Source: Candidatus Caenarcanales bacterium (lineage in GTDB: Bacteria > Cyanobacteriota > Vampirovibrionia > LMEP-6097). From it: a stretch of DNA of 64,000 nt. The position numbers and the translations under genes are program-made. The number at the start of each line of letters is the position of its first letter. The stretch's first letter is position 1. The DNA lies in NCBI GenBank assembly GCA_022447685.1, contig JAKVAO010000004.1, positions 1,978 through 65,977 of the forward strand, written 5' to 3'. Positions 55,623 through 64,000 of this stretch are shown in pieces. A model generated the notes under the pieces. It was given only the letters and a program-made list of their open reading frames with translations, was not told the origin of the DNA and made no database searches.

Positions 55623-57254
55623 TTACCAAGGATTTAACTTTGTGTCATTTTTCTGTTTTGAATCTGTAGTATTAAGTCTTTGAGGGTTTTTGGCTTCTTG
55701 GATTTGCATTAGTAAATTTTCAATTTCTTCTTTACTAAGCTCATTTTGATTTTCCTGTTTGTTTTTTTCTTCTTTTTCTTTTTGTTCGTCTTTTTTATCT
55801 TTGTTTTTTTTATCTTGTGTGTCTTTTTCTTTATCTTCTTTTTGTTCTTCTTCAAGAAGTTTCTCTGCTAGTTTGAGATTGAATTGAGCGTTTAAATCTT
55901 TAGGGTCTATTGCTAGAGATGATTTGTAAGCATTAATAGCTGATTTATAATCTTTTTGTTTAAAAAAACTATTGCCTAGATTATAGAAAGATTTTTCTTT
56001 GAGAAAATTATCCTGTGAATTATTTTTGATGCTTTGCTCAAAGGAGTTTTGTGCTGCCTTAAAATCATTTTCTTTATAGAGACAGATTCCTAGATGATAA
56101 TTTAGTCTAGGGTTGTTGGGGTTTTTCACTAAATCTTTTATATAGTTATCTTTTGCTTTTTCAAAATTACTTTTTTTAAGTTCAGAGTTACCTTGAATCG
56201 TATTAATAAAAGCGTGTGCAGGATGGCTGTTGAATATAAGGCTGAACAGTAAGAATATCGAGAAGAAATTTTTAAAATTGAAATTACTTAAAAGTTCTAT
56301 TAGTAGAAAAATGAAGGCTAGACCAAGAAATATTTGAAAACTTTCATGCCATCTTTGAACCTTGCCTGATTTAAGTTTGACTGACTCGTTTTCATTTCTA
56401 ATAAAACTTCTATATAGTTGTTCTAGGTGAAAGTTGCCTGTTCTTGATCTAATGTACTTACCATCTGTGATTTCAGCTATTTCCTTAAGTAGTTTATCGT
56501 TTAATTTACTTACAACTATGTTTCCTTCTTTGTCTTTTATTAATTCACCTTGGTATTTTATTGGTGCGCCTTGATTAGAACCGATACCAATGGAGACAAT
56601 TCTAATTCCTAGTTCTTTAGCTTCTTCTGCTTTTTTCTTGGTTGCTTCATCCTGTTCTTCACCGTCACTGATTACTATTAAGATTTTGGCTCCAGTTTTT
56701 ACAGGTGAAAAACCTTTGATAGCCATATCTATAGCTGATTTGATGGACGTACCGGCTATAGGTACTGAATCTACATTAATTTCCTTGATCCAGTTTTTTA
56801 TCATTTGATAGTCGTGGGTTAGCGGTGATTGCAGAAAACTTTTACCAGCAAAAATTATTAAACCTAATCTGTCACCATCAAGTTGATTCACCAGTTTCTC
56901 TAACTCTAATTTTGCTCTAAATAATCTAGATGGATTTATATCATCTGCAAGCATACTTTTTGAAACATCAATGGCTATGAAAATATTAGTTCCTTTACTC
57001 TCTATCTCTTTCCAGTCATAGCCCCATCTTGGTGAGACTATAGTAGTAATAAACATAGTCAAAGCCAGGCTTAAAAAGAAGAATTTAAACAATTGTAATT
57101 TTTTGCTAAATGAAGGAAGTATGGTTTTTAGATGTTTGGGATGGCAAAACTGTAATATGGCTTTTTTACTTTTTTGATATGACCAAGTTAGAAATATAAT
57201 TAATGCAGGGATAAGAAGATATAGATATAAAAATTCAGGATGTTTGAGATTCAT
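55623..57254 (-). CDS. BatB/BatC-like protein: N-terminal TM, vWFA domain and TPR repeats
   Basis: vWA MIDAS region (FIAIDVSKSM...LIIFAGKSF...ILIVISDGEEQD) followed by TPR-like repeats (YHLGICLYKENDFKAAQNSFEQSI, FYNLGNSFFKQKDYKSAINAYKSSL) and a K/E-rich tail. Confidence 0.75.
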   Translation of the reverse strand: MNLKHPEFLYLYLLIPALIIFLTWSYQKSKKAILQFCHPKHLKTILPSFSKKLQLFKFFFLSLALTMFITTIVSPRWGYDWKEIESKGTNIFIAIDVSKSMLADDINPSRLFRAKLELEKLVNQLDGDRLGLIIFAGKSFLQSPLTHDYQMIKNWIKEINVDSVPIAGTSIKSAIDMAIKGFSPVKTGAKILIVISDGEEQDEATKKKAEEAKELGIRIVSIGIGSNQGAPIKYQGELIKDKEGNIVVSKLNDKLLKEIAEITDGKYIRSRTGNFHLEQLYRSFIRNENESVKLKSGKVQRWHESFQIFLGLAFIFLLIELLSNFNFKNFFSIFLLFSLIFNSHPAHAFINTIQGNSELKKSNFEKAKDNYIKDLVKNPNNPRLNYHLGICLYKENDFKAAQNSFEQSIKNNSQDNFLKEKSFYNLGNSFFKQKDYKSAINAYKSSLAIDPKDLNAQFNLKLAEKLLEEEQKEDKEKDTQDKKNKDKKDEQKEKEEKNKQENQNELSKEEIENLLMQIQEAKNPQRLNTTDSKQKNDTKLNPW

Positions 57255-57255
57255 A

Positions 57256-58245
57256 TTAAACCCTTTTCAGTATTGTGTTTGATAAAGTTATTTCGAATAA
57301 GAATATGCTAAAGGCAATCCAGAGAAAGTATTCATAAATATCTTTGTAGTTAGTGTATTCCCTGACTTCGACTTCAGTTTTTTCTAGCTTGTCTATTTCG
57401 CTATAGATTGCTTTTAACTCTTCTGTACTTTCAGCTCTATAATATTTTCCAGAAGTGCTTTCAGCAATTTCTATTAGTGTTTCTTCATCTATAGTTACAC
57501 TTTGATTTATTGCTTTTTTCCCGAAAGGTGTGTCAACTATAAATGGTACTTCACCATCTTGTCCTATCCCTATAGTATAGATTTTGATCTGATATTCTTT
57601 TGCAAGTTTACTTGCTGTAATCGGTGAGATTGAACCTGAGGTGTTTTGACCATCTGTCATTAAAATTAGTACTTTGGATTTAGCTTTAAGATCTTTGAGT
57701 CTTTTCACTGCTAGAGCTATAGCTGATCCTATAGCAGTTGATTTCCCGGCTATGCCGATGTCTATATAGTTAACTAAATCTAAGAGTGCGCCATAGTCTC
57801 TTGTAATAGGACATTGAGTATAGGCTTCATCTCCGAAAACTATTAAACCTAATCTGTCATTGCTTCTTTTGAGTATGAATTCACTTAATATTTTTTTGAC
57901 TACAGTTAACCTGTCTACAGCTTGATCGTTGATTTTTAGGTCCAACGCAGACATACTCTGTGAAGTATCTACAGCAAGAATTATATCCAAACCAAGATTT
58001 TTATTAGTTGAGAAGCTTTGACCGAATTGTGGTCTTGCAAGTGCTGTGATAATAATACATAGGCAAAGTATTCTAAAAATAAATGGAATATGAAAACTGA
58101 TCTTATCGATTATATTAGTTAAGCCTAGATTGCTTTCAGCAAGGCTTATTTGTAAACTATTTATGCTTGATTTTTTAAGATATAGATATATCAGTATTGG
58201 AATTAAAATCAGTAACAGAAAGAATACAGGATTTGCAAAGCTCAT
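57256..58245 (-). CDS. BatA-like vWFA-domain membrane protein
   Basis: TM helices plus a vWA MIDAS region (LDIILAVDTSQSM...LGLIVFGDEAY...VLILMTDGQNTSG). Confidence 0.8.
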   Translation of the reverse strand: MSFANPVFFLLLILIPILIYLYLKKSSINSLQISLAESNLGLTNIIDKISFHIPFIFRILCLCIIITALARPQFGQSFSTNKNLGLDIILAVDTSQSMSALDLKINDQAVDRLTVVKKILSEFILKRSNDRLGLIVFGDEAYTQCPITRDYGALLDLVNYIDIGIAGKSTAIGSAIALAVKRLKDLKAKSKVLILMTDGQNTSGSISPITASKLAKEYQIKIYTIGIGQDGEVPFIVDTPFGKKAINQSVTIDEETLIEIAESTSGKYYRAESTEELKAIYSEIDKLEKTEVEVREYTNYKDIYEYFLWIAFSIFLFEITLSNTILKRV

Positions 58246-58769
58246 AAATCTTCCTCCTCTTCATCTGTCTCAATAATAAATTGGCTTTCAATGATTTGTA
58301 TGATTTCTAAACTTTTGGATAAATCTTCGAGTTTATCTTCACCTGAAAAGGATTTTTTAGCGAATTTTGCTAAGTCTGCTCTTTCTAAACATTTAATTAG
58401 ATTATGTGAGGAACTGGTTTCTAGATTTTTGATTTTAGTAAGTACAGTTTCTATTTCCTTAGTTGTTTTATCTAGGATAGAAATTGAAAAACGGAAATCC
58501 AAATAAGATTTCAATAATTCTGAATACTTTTCATAGAAGACTTTTGAATCTGAGACTTGTTCTAATTCTTTTAGCTTTTCAATTATTTTTTCATTTAATG
58601 GTCTAATATCTGATTCGTCTTTTTTCTTGTTTTTGAGATAAATGTAAACGATTACTGCAGCTATGACCAAGATAAGGGGGACTATTAGCCAAATAGGAAT
58701 TTGCATAGAAACAAATCCGTGAACGTCTTTTAAACTATTTATAAGTTTTTCTTTGGTGAGCTCGTCCAT
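58242..58769 (-). CDS. Bat-operon-associated single-TM protein (DUF4381-like)
   Basis: 175 aa with one TM helix (IPIWLIVPLILVIAAVIVYIYL). A 4-nt ATGA overlap with batA indicates translational coupling. Confidence 0.45.
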   Translation of the reverse strand: MDELTKEKLINSLKDVHGFVSMQIPIWLIVPLILVIAAVIVYIYLKNKKKDESDIRPLNEKIIEKLKELEQVSDSKVFYEKYSELLKSYLDFRFSISILDKTTKEIETVLTKIKNLETSSSHNLIKCLERADLAKFAKKSFSGEDKLEDLSKSLEIIQIIESQFIIETDEEEEDL

Positions 58770-58833
58770 TCAATATAAAATTATATCAATAGAAATTTTA
58801 GCCACAGTTTATGATGATAAAATACTGGTATTC

Positions 58834-60225
58834 ATGCTGCTGAGAACGATTTTCTTATTATTAGTATTACTTTTCCCTTTAGCTAATAATTGTTTAGTAC
58901 TTCAAGCATCTGCAAAAAAAAACATTCTTTTTATAGCGATTGATGACCTAAACGATATGGTTCCTATCCTAGATCAGGGAGCTATTGTTAAAACTCCTAA
59001 TATAGATAAACTTGCAAGTAAATCTACAGTTTTTACTAATGCTTTTGCTTCTTCGACTTTATGTAATCCATCTAGATTTTCTTTACTTACAGGTCTGAAA
59101 CCAAGTACAACAGGGGTTTATCTCAATATAAGTAATTCCTTGTTATTAGAAGATGAGTATTTAAATATCATGACTTATCTTAGGCAGCATGATTATCAAA
59201 CTATTGGTGTTGGGAAAATTTTCCATGGTACTCAAAATCAAGAATCTGCCTGGGATATATACCATGGTTATCACAAGAACCGTTTTGCTACTAGAAAATC
59301 GCATAATAAATGGCCTGTTAATTGGGGTGTCGTCAATGATAAGTTTTTAGACCAAAGAGATGAACTAGTCACAGACAAGGCTCTAGAATATATTTCTAAG
59401 AAATTTGAACAGCCGACTTTTTTAGCTGTAGGTTTTCACAATCCACATCTGCCTTGGTTTTACACTAAAGAAATTTATGATAAGCATGCTATTCCTTTGT
59501 CTAAGATTCATAAGCCAGAGGAACCAGAGTATATACTTTCTGACTTACCGAAGTCTGCAAGAACACTTGCCATTCAATACAATATTTTTGATCAATCAAA
59601 TTATCATGAGAAGGTAATCGATGCTCATGAATGGAAACGTGCTATTCAAGCATATTTGGTTGGTGTTGCTTATATGGATGAGAAATTAGGTGAGCTTCTT
59701 GAAGCTTTCTATGCAAGTCCTAACTTTGAAGATACTATAGTTGTTTTGTGGAGTGATCATGGTTATCATCTCGGTGAAAAGAAACATTGGAACAAACATG
59801 GTTTATGGGAGAAGACTACTCATATTCTTCTTATGTTCTCATTTCCACAGAGACAAAAAATAGTTAATAACTCAGTTGTAAGTCTATTAGATGTTTTTCC
59901 AACTATTATTGATTTTCTAGGATTGCCTAAACTTGATCAATTAGAAGGTAATTCTCTTATGCCTATTATGTTTGCAAGTAATGCCGATTGGGATAACCAT
60001 GCTTTAACTACTATGGATTATAAGAATCATTCTGTTCGTGGCATTCGCTGGCGTTATACTCGTTATAAAGATGGGTCTGAAGAGCTTTATGATAAGAAAT
60101 TTGATCAGAGAGAGTTTTATAATTTGGCTGAGAATAAGTCTTTGAAGCAGGTTAAGAAGAGACTTAAGAAGTTTTTACCAGAGGATAATCATAAGCCGAT
60201 TCCGGAAGAGGTGTTTGTTCATTAG
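58834..60225 (+). CDS. sulfatase (formylglycine-dependent arylsulfatase family), secreted
   Basis: The C-x-P-S-R sulfatase signature lies in STLCNPSRFSLLTG. A signal peptide (MLLRTIFLLLVLLFPLANNCLVLQASA) begins at the Met at 58834. The ORF track starts at 58753. Confidence 0.8.
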   Translation: MLLRTIFLLLVLLFPLANNCLVLQASAKKNILFIAIDDLNDMVPILDQGAIVKTPNIDKLASKSTVFTNAFASSTLCNPSRFSLLTGLKPSTTGVYLNISNSLLLEDEYLNIMTYLRQHDYQTIGVGKIFHGTQNQESAWDIYHGYHKNRFATRKSHNKWPVNWGVVNDKFLDQRDELVTDKALEYISKKFEQPTFLAVGFHNPHLPWFYTKEIYDKHAIPLSKIHKPEEPEYILSDLPKSARTLAIQYNIFDQSNYHEKVIDAHEWKRAIQAYLVGVAYMDEKLGELLEAFYASPNFEDTIVVLWSDHGYHLGEKKHWNKHGLWEKTTHILLMFSFPQRQKIVNNSVVSLLDVFPTIIDFLGLPKLDQLEGNSLMPIMFASNADWDNHALTTMDYKNHSVRGIRWRYTRYKDGSEELYDKKFDQREFYNLAENKSLKQVKKRLKKFLPEDNHKPIPEEVFVH

Positions 60226-60368
60226 TATTAGCCCAGTGCTAACTGAATGCAGTTATTTTCTTATGAAAATTACTGTGGAATTTTTCTTTGTAGTATTCGA
60301 CTTCATTTTCATTTACTTTAATCATTCCATTTAGTTTCGTATCATTTTGATTTTGCTCTTCATCAATT

Positions 60369-62090
60369 TTAGTTCGTACTATAGTTAAATCTTCTCCAAA
60401 TTTTTAAGTTTTTGGGGATATTCTTTATATGAGCTTCTCTCATATCTAATCTTCCATTTACTGTCATATTGTTTGGCAGTTTGACACTTTCAGATTCAGT
60501 TAATCCTTGCATTATGAGATCTCCATAAATATTGATTCCATCTTTTAGGACTGGGTTCCCACCCCATATTTTTAAATTACCAACTATGTTTTTAATATTA
60601 AAATTTCTAGTAGTTAAATCACTCATAAAATCTTCATCAAATGTTAAATTACCAATTACTATTTCAAGGTTTTTTATTAGGTTAAAATTTTTATAGTTGA
60701 TTTTTATTTCTTCTCCTGGATTTATAATTAGCTTAGTATTTTCAGTTATATCATTCTGTTCAAACGCTATTTCATTCTTGTTATAGGTATAATTAAATTC
60801 AGCTTTTAAAGCTTCTTGAATCTTTTCTTTGAGCTCTCTTTTATTTTTAAAAACTCTATTTTTGATTTCTGTAAATCTTTTATTTTCATCTGATGATACC
60901 CTAAAGGATTTTACTCTTGAGTCAAAACCGTCCTCTTGAGATAGGAATAATAGTTCATTTAGGTTTAGTTTCTTATCTCTGTTTAATTTATCTTCAATTG
61001 TATTTATTTTTTTTACATTTTCTACTCTTGATATATAGTTACGAAAATCTTTAAAGCTTGTAAGCTCAATCAGTTTTTCTTGAAGTTTATCTAGGTACAC
61101 AGAATCGGTTAGATCCTGATCTGTTTCTTCTCCCTGAATACTATCAATGTATTGATTTATGTATTGATTTTCTTTTATTTGAATTCCAATTTTAGGAATG
61201 TATTCATTTGTATTAGTTATATCAAAGTATATTAATAACTTATTATTGTCTTTTAAGTAAGACTCTGCATATGGAGTTAATCTAAAGCACCAATCGCTGC
61301 CTTTACTTTCGATTAGTTTTGTTAATTTTTCTTCGTCTCCTTTTGAGAATATATTCCATATGCCACTTGTGATTTCTTGTTCTTGTCTATTTATTTCCTC
61401 GTTGAAAAATTTTGCGTATATTTTACTAAAGGAAATACTCATGTTACTGAAGAATTCTTTGTCCTCTACTTTTAAACTCTTTGGATTCTTGAAATAGTTT
61501 TCGATTAGAGTTAATGTTTGATCGAGTGCTTGTGTATTTAATTCTGGGAATAGCGCTCTATCACCCGATTTTCTATCATTATCAAACTTTATTTTGTTAT
61601 TCTTATCTTTGCTTTGTTTTAGTTTGCTCAGTTGATGCCAAACTAAATATCTAGTTTTTGTTGAGTACTTATTTTTACAATCCTTTGAATCAAGGTAGTT
61701 GAGCCAGTTCTTTAATCCCTCTATTTGAGATTCTCGTGATAACTTTACTTCTATTGGCTCTTCTTCCTTTGCCTTTGGTGCTGTATAAAACCCATTAACA
61801 TATTCATTTTTTAGTGATTCATATTCTTTATTTTGCTCGTTTTCTTGGAGTGATTCAAAATATTCTTCACTGATATTGAAAAGTTTTTCAATTAGGTGAT
61901 TTGGATGTGAATTTTCTTTTTTTTGATGTAAAAGATTATTTAACTCCTCTCTTGCTTTTAAGATAATAGGGTTTTGGTTCTCTGTACCTTCTCTAATATT
62001 TTGGGGTGATAAATAATAGTTGAGTAATGACTTTCTAGCAAGAGGTAGATTATTTTTTACTATTTTTGCTATTGGAATCGAATTAGACAT
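60369..62090 (-). CDS. hypothetical protein (573 aa), N-terminus MSNSIP...
   Basis: K/N/E-rich with no recognisable domain. A 42-codon coding-like +1-frame ORF follows its stop (60240..60366). Confidence 0.55.
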   Translation of the reverse strand: MSNSIPIAKIVKNNLPLARKSLLNYYLSPQNIREGTENQNPIILKAREELNNLLHQKKENSHPNHLIEKLFNISEEYFESLQENEQNKEYESLKNEYVNGFYTAPKAKEEEPIEVKLSRESQIEGLKNWLNYLDSKDCKNKYSTKTRYLVWHQLSKLKQSKDKNNKIKFDNDRKSGDRALFPELNTQALDQTLTLIENYFKNPKSLKVEDKEFFSNMSISFSKIYAKFFNEEINRQEQEITSGIWNIFSKGDEEKLTKLIESKGSDWCFRLTPYAESYLKDNNKLLIYFDITNTNEYIPKIGIQIKENQYINQYIDSIQGEETDQDLTDSVYLDKLQEKLIELTSFKDFRNYISRVENVKKINTIEDKLNRDKKLNLNELLFLSQEDGFDSRVKSFRVSSDENKRFTEIKNRVFKNKRELKEKIQEALKAEFNYTYNKNEIAFEQNDITENTKLIINPGEEIKINYKNFNLIKNLEIVIGNLTFDEDFMSDLTTRNFNIKNIVGNLKIWGGNPVLKDGINIYGDLIMQGLTESESVKLPNNMTVNGRLDMREAHIKNIPKNLKIWRRFNYSTN

Positions 62091-62193
62091 ATTTCACGAG
62101 TAGTTATTAAGATAATTGTATTATGGTGTGGTTGTTTGTATTTATATTTTATACTTGTTTTATTTTCTGGTTGGCTTTTGTGCTTTTTAATTT

Positions 62194-62287
62194 TTCGACT
62201 ATAATCGATGAAAGTAGTTAATATTGATTTATTTCGACTATAATCGAAATAAAAGTTAAAATTGTAATTATTTCGGGTATAATCGAA
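62194..62287 (+). promoter_or_regulatory. three tandem 39-bp units, each carrying the near-palindrome TTCGA(c/g)(t/g)TATAATCGA(A)
   Basis: Copies at 62194..62208, 62233..62248 and 62272..62287 with exactly 39-bp spacing. The spacer sequences are also similar. The last copy supplies the TATAAT 7 nt before the GTG start at 62291. Confidence 0.5.
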
Positions 62288-62290
62288 ATA

Positions 62291-63523
62291 GTGACTAAAG
62301 GTTTACTACGTAAAAATTATTTAAAGTCTATTAAGCCTTTTATAGATAAATCTGTAATTAAGGTTATTATTGGTATGCGCCGTAGTGGGAAAAGTTATTT
62401 CCTAAGGCAAATAATTGAAAAGCTTATAGGGCAAGAAAAACAAGTTGTTTATATCGATAAAGAAAATTTGGATTTTAAAAATATTAGAGATTTTAATGAT
62501 TTAGATGAGTATATTAAATCCAAAATTAATAAGAGAAAAAAAACTTATTTATTTATTGACGAGATTCAAGATATTCAAGGCTGGGAGAAAGCAATAGCTT
62601 CATATCAAGGTTCAGGTAATTTTGATATTTATATTACAGGATCTAATTCTGAGCTTTTATCTTCTGAATTATCAACACTAATATCTGGTCGCTATGTTGA
62701 ATTTTATCTCTATACATTATCTTTTAATGAATTTATTGAATTTAGGAAAAGATCATTGAAAAAATTTAAACGTAAAAATTCTAATAAAGTAAATTTGCAA
62801 AAAGAATTTTTGAATTATTTGGCATTTGGTGGTCTACCAGGAATTCATGAATTTGACTTAGATAGAGAAAATATTTATAAATTAATAAATGCTATTTTCA
62901 GCACTATCGTTTTAAAAGATTTAGTAGCTAGGTATGAGATTCGAAATGTAAGAATTCTTGAAAATATTTATAGTTTTATTTTTGATAATATAGCTAATAT
63001 TTTTTCAGCAAAAAAAATTGCTGATTATTATAAATCTCAAAATATAAAAGTTAGTGTAGATACGGTTCTTAGTTATATATCTCATTTAGAAGCAGCTATG
63101 CTTTGTAAAAAAGTTCCTCGCTATGATCTAAAAGGGAAGAGACTTTTAGAAGTCCAAGAAAAGTATTTTTTAAATGATATTGGTTTTAGAAATGCTTTAT
63201 TAGGTTTTAGCTTAAAAGATATCAATGCTTTACTTGAAAATGTGGTTTATTTGCATTTGAAAATGGCTGGATATCAAGTATATATTGGAAAAATGGATAA
63301 TTATGAAATAGATTTTGTCGCCAAAAAGCGTGATGAAATAATTTATTATCAAGTTTGTTATTTACTTAATGACGAAAAGGTAGTAGAAAGAGAGTTTAGA
63401 CCTCTTCTCAGGATAGAAGATGCTTATCCTAAGTATGTTTTAAGTATGGATGAACTATGGGATGAGCATTATTGTGGGATTAAACGTTTGAATATTATTG
63501 AGTTTCTTTGTGAGGTTTTTTAG
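62291..63523 (+). CDS. AAA+ ATPase, DUF4143 family, paralog 4
   Basis: GTG start. Walker A motif IIGMRRSGKSY, Walker B (YLFIDEIQ) and the C-terminal DUF4143-like region. Confidence 0.8.
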   Translation: MTKGLLRKNYLKSIKPFIDKSVIKVIIGMRRSGKSYFLRQIIEKLIGQEKQVVYIDKENLDFKNIRDFNDLDEYIKSKINKRKKTYLFIDEIQDIQGWEKAIASYQGSGNFDIYITGSNSELLSSELSTLISGRYVEFYLYTLSFNEFIEFRKRSLKKFKRKNSNKVNLQKEFLNYLAFGGLPGIHEFDLDRENIYKLINAIFSTIVLKDLVARYEIRNVRILENIYSFIFDNIANIFSAKKIADYYKSQNIKVSVDTVLSYISHLEAAMLCKKVPRYDLKGKRLLEVQEKYFLNDIGFRNALLGFSLKDINALLENVVYLHLKMAGYQVYIGKMDNYEIDFVAKKRDEIIYYQVCYLLNDEKVVEREFRPLLRIEDAYPKYVLSMDELWDEHYCGIKRLNIIEFLCEVF

Positions 63524-63526
63524 TTT

Positions 63527-64000
63527 ATGGTTGAATTAAGTAAAGAATTTATAATTTCAGAGTTGAAGAGACTTGCTGAAGCGAATGGGGGGAAGGCTCC
63601 TGGTTTTTCTTTTTTTTATAAGGAGACTGGAATAAGCCATCATCAATTAAATTCATATTGGATAAACTATAGTGATTTAGTCAAAGAGTCAGGATATGAG
63701 CCAAATGAGTTTACTAAGGCATATACTAATGAATTTATAATTGAAAAATTTATAGGATTAATTGGTGAGTTTAAGCAATTCCCAACGCAAAGGATCTTAA
63801 GATTTAAGGCAAAAAACGATTATTCTTTTCCAAGTATGACAACAATGTGGGGAAAATTTGGTTCTAAATTCAACACAGCAAAAAAGATATTAGAATCAGG
63901 ATTAGCTGATAATAATTCTTTGGTTTTAGAAGTGTGTCAAGAAATTGTTGATAATCCTAAAAGTAAAGCTCAATTGAAGGAAAGTCTGGATTCTGAATTA
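63527..64000 (+). CDS. hypothetical protein, 3'-truncated by window edge
   Basis: The ATG lies 3 nt after the ATPase stop, suggesting translational coupling. At least 158 aa of coding-like sequence with no motif recognised. Confidence 0.5.
   Translation, partial: MVELSKEFIISELKRLAEANGGKAPGFSFFYKETGISHHQLNSYWINYSDLVKESGYEPNEFTKAYTNEFIIEKFIGLIGEFKQFPTQRILRFKAKNDYSFPSMTTMWGKFGSKFNTAKKILESGLADNNSLVLEVCQEIVDNPKSKAQLKESLDSEL

Noticed and set aside
60240-60366. 42-codon coding-like ORF (IDEEQNQNDTKLNGMIKVNENEVEYYKEKFHSNFHKKITAFS) in the +1 frame just past the stop of the 573-aa gene.
   Set aside because: It might mark a 3' frameshift of that gene, but there is no homology anchor to show the two pieces belong together. 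Recorded as unresolved rather than called.
1-64000. Search for CRISPR arrays, rRNA, tRNA, integrase or prophage blocks.
   Set aside because: No array of short regular direct repeats with unique spacers, no rRNA-like conserved blocks and no cloverleaf candidates were found in intergenic regions. The only mobile element recognised is the ISAs1 copy.

Overview
This 64-kb window comes from an AT-rich (about one-third G+C by eye), Gram-negative, apparently flagellated bacterium. It opens inside a flgF/flgG-type rod gene and uses the standard genetic code.

A housekeeping backbone runs through the window:
- SulP permease, msrA, a GH97 alpha-glucosidase and a CDP-alcohol phosphatidyltransferase.
- metK, cysE, rdgB, rsmH, ssb and rpsF.
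- MTA phosphorylase, an Fe/Mn SOD, an AhpC-type peroxiredoxin, an AroG-type DAHP synthase and an AroH-type chorismate mutase.
- dnaN, pabB, folB, an S1-domain protein, a partial batA/batB-C aerotolerance operon and a sulfatase.

Accessory material is interleaved with this backbone.
- Four paralogous DUF4143/AAA+ ATPase genes share a conserved apparently leaderless 'GGTA(T/A)AAT - 6 to 7 nt - start codon' arrangement. One of them is preceded by three 39-bp tandem units, each carrying a TTCGAnTATAATCGAA palindrome.
- A family of Q/N/S-rich effector-like proteins shares an N-terminal M-(I/V)-x-x-x-P-(P)-S-S motif and a conserved 'TGCTATTATCTTAA' leader.
- An intact ISAs1-family IS, with ~23-bp terminal inverted repeats and an 8-bp target-site duplication, has inserted four codons into one of those genes.
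- There is an operon of a 1018-aa unknown protein, a patatin-like phospholipase and MTAP.
- A 1817-aa secreted decapeptide-repeat giant protein contains internal 600 to 720-bp higher-order tandem duplications.
- An 852-aa RTX protein has a start codon that lies in a predicted hairpin.
- A peptidyl-tRNA hydrolase is fused to an APS-kinase domain.
- A MarR-GNAT fusion lies next to a putative HTH-TM-PstS-like membrane protein.
- Several pseudogenised loci are present: a PhzF remnant with an in-frame TAG, a gene broken into three pieces, and coding-like read-through after a TAA.
- A GC-rich, highly structured candidate ncRNA of roughly 220 to 270 nt lies between two minus-strand genes.

No CRISPR array, tRNA, rRNA, integrase or prophage was seen.
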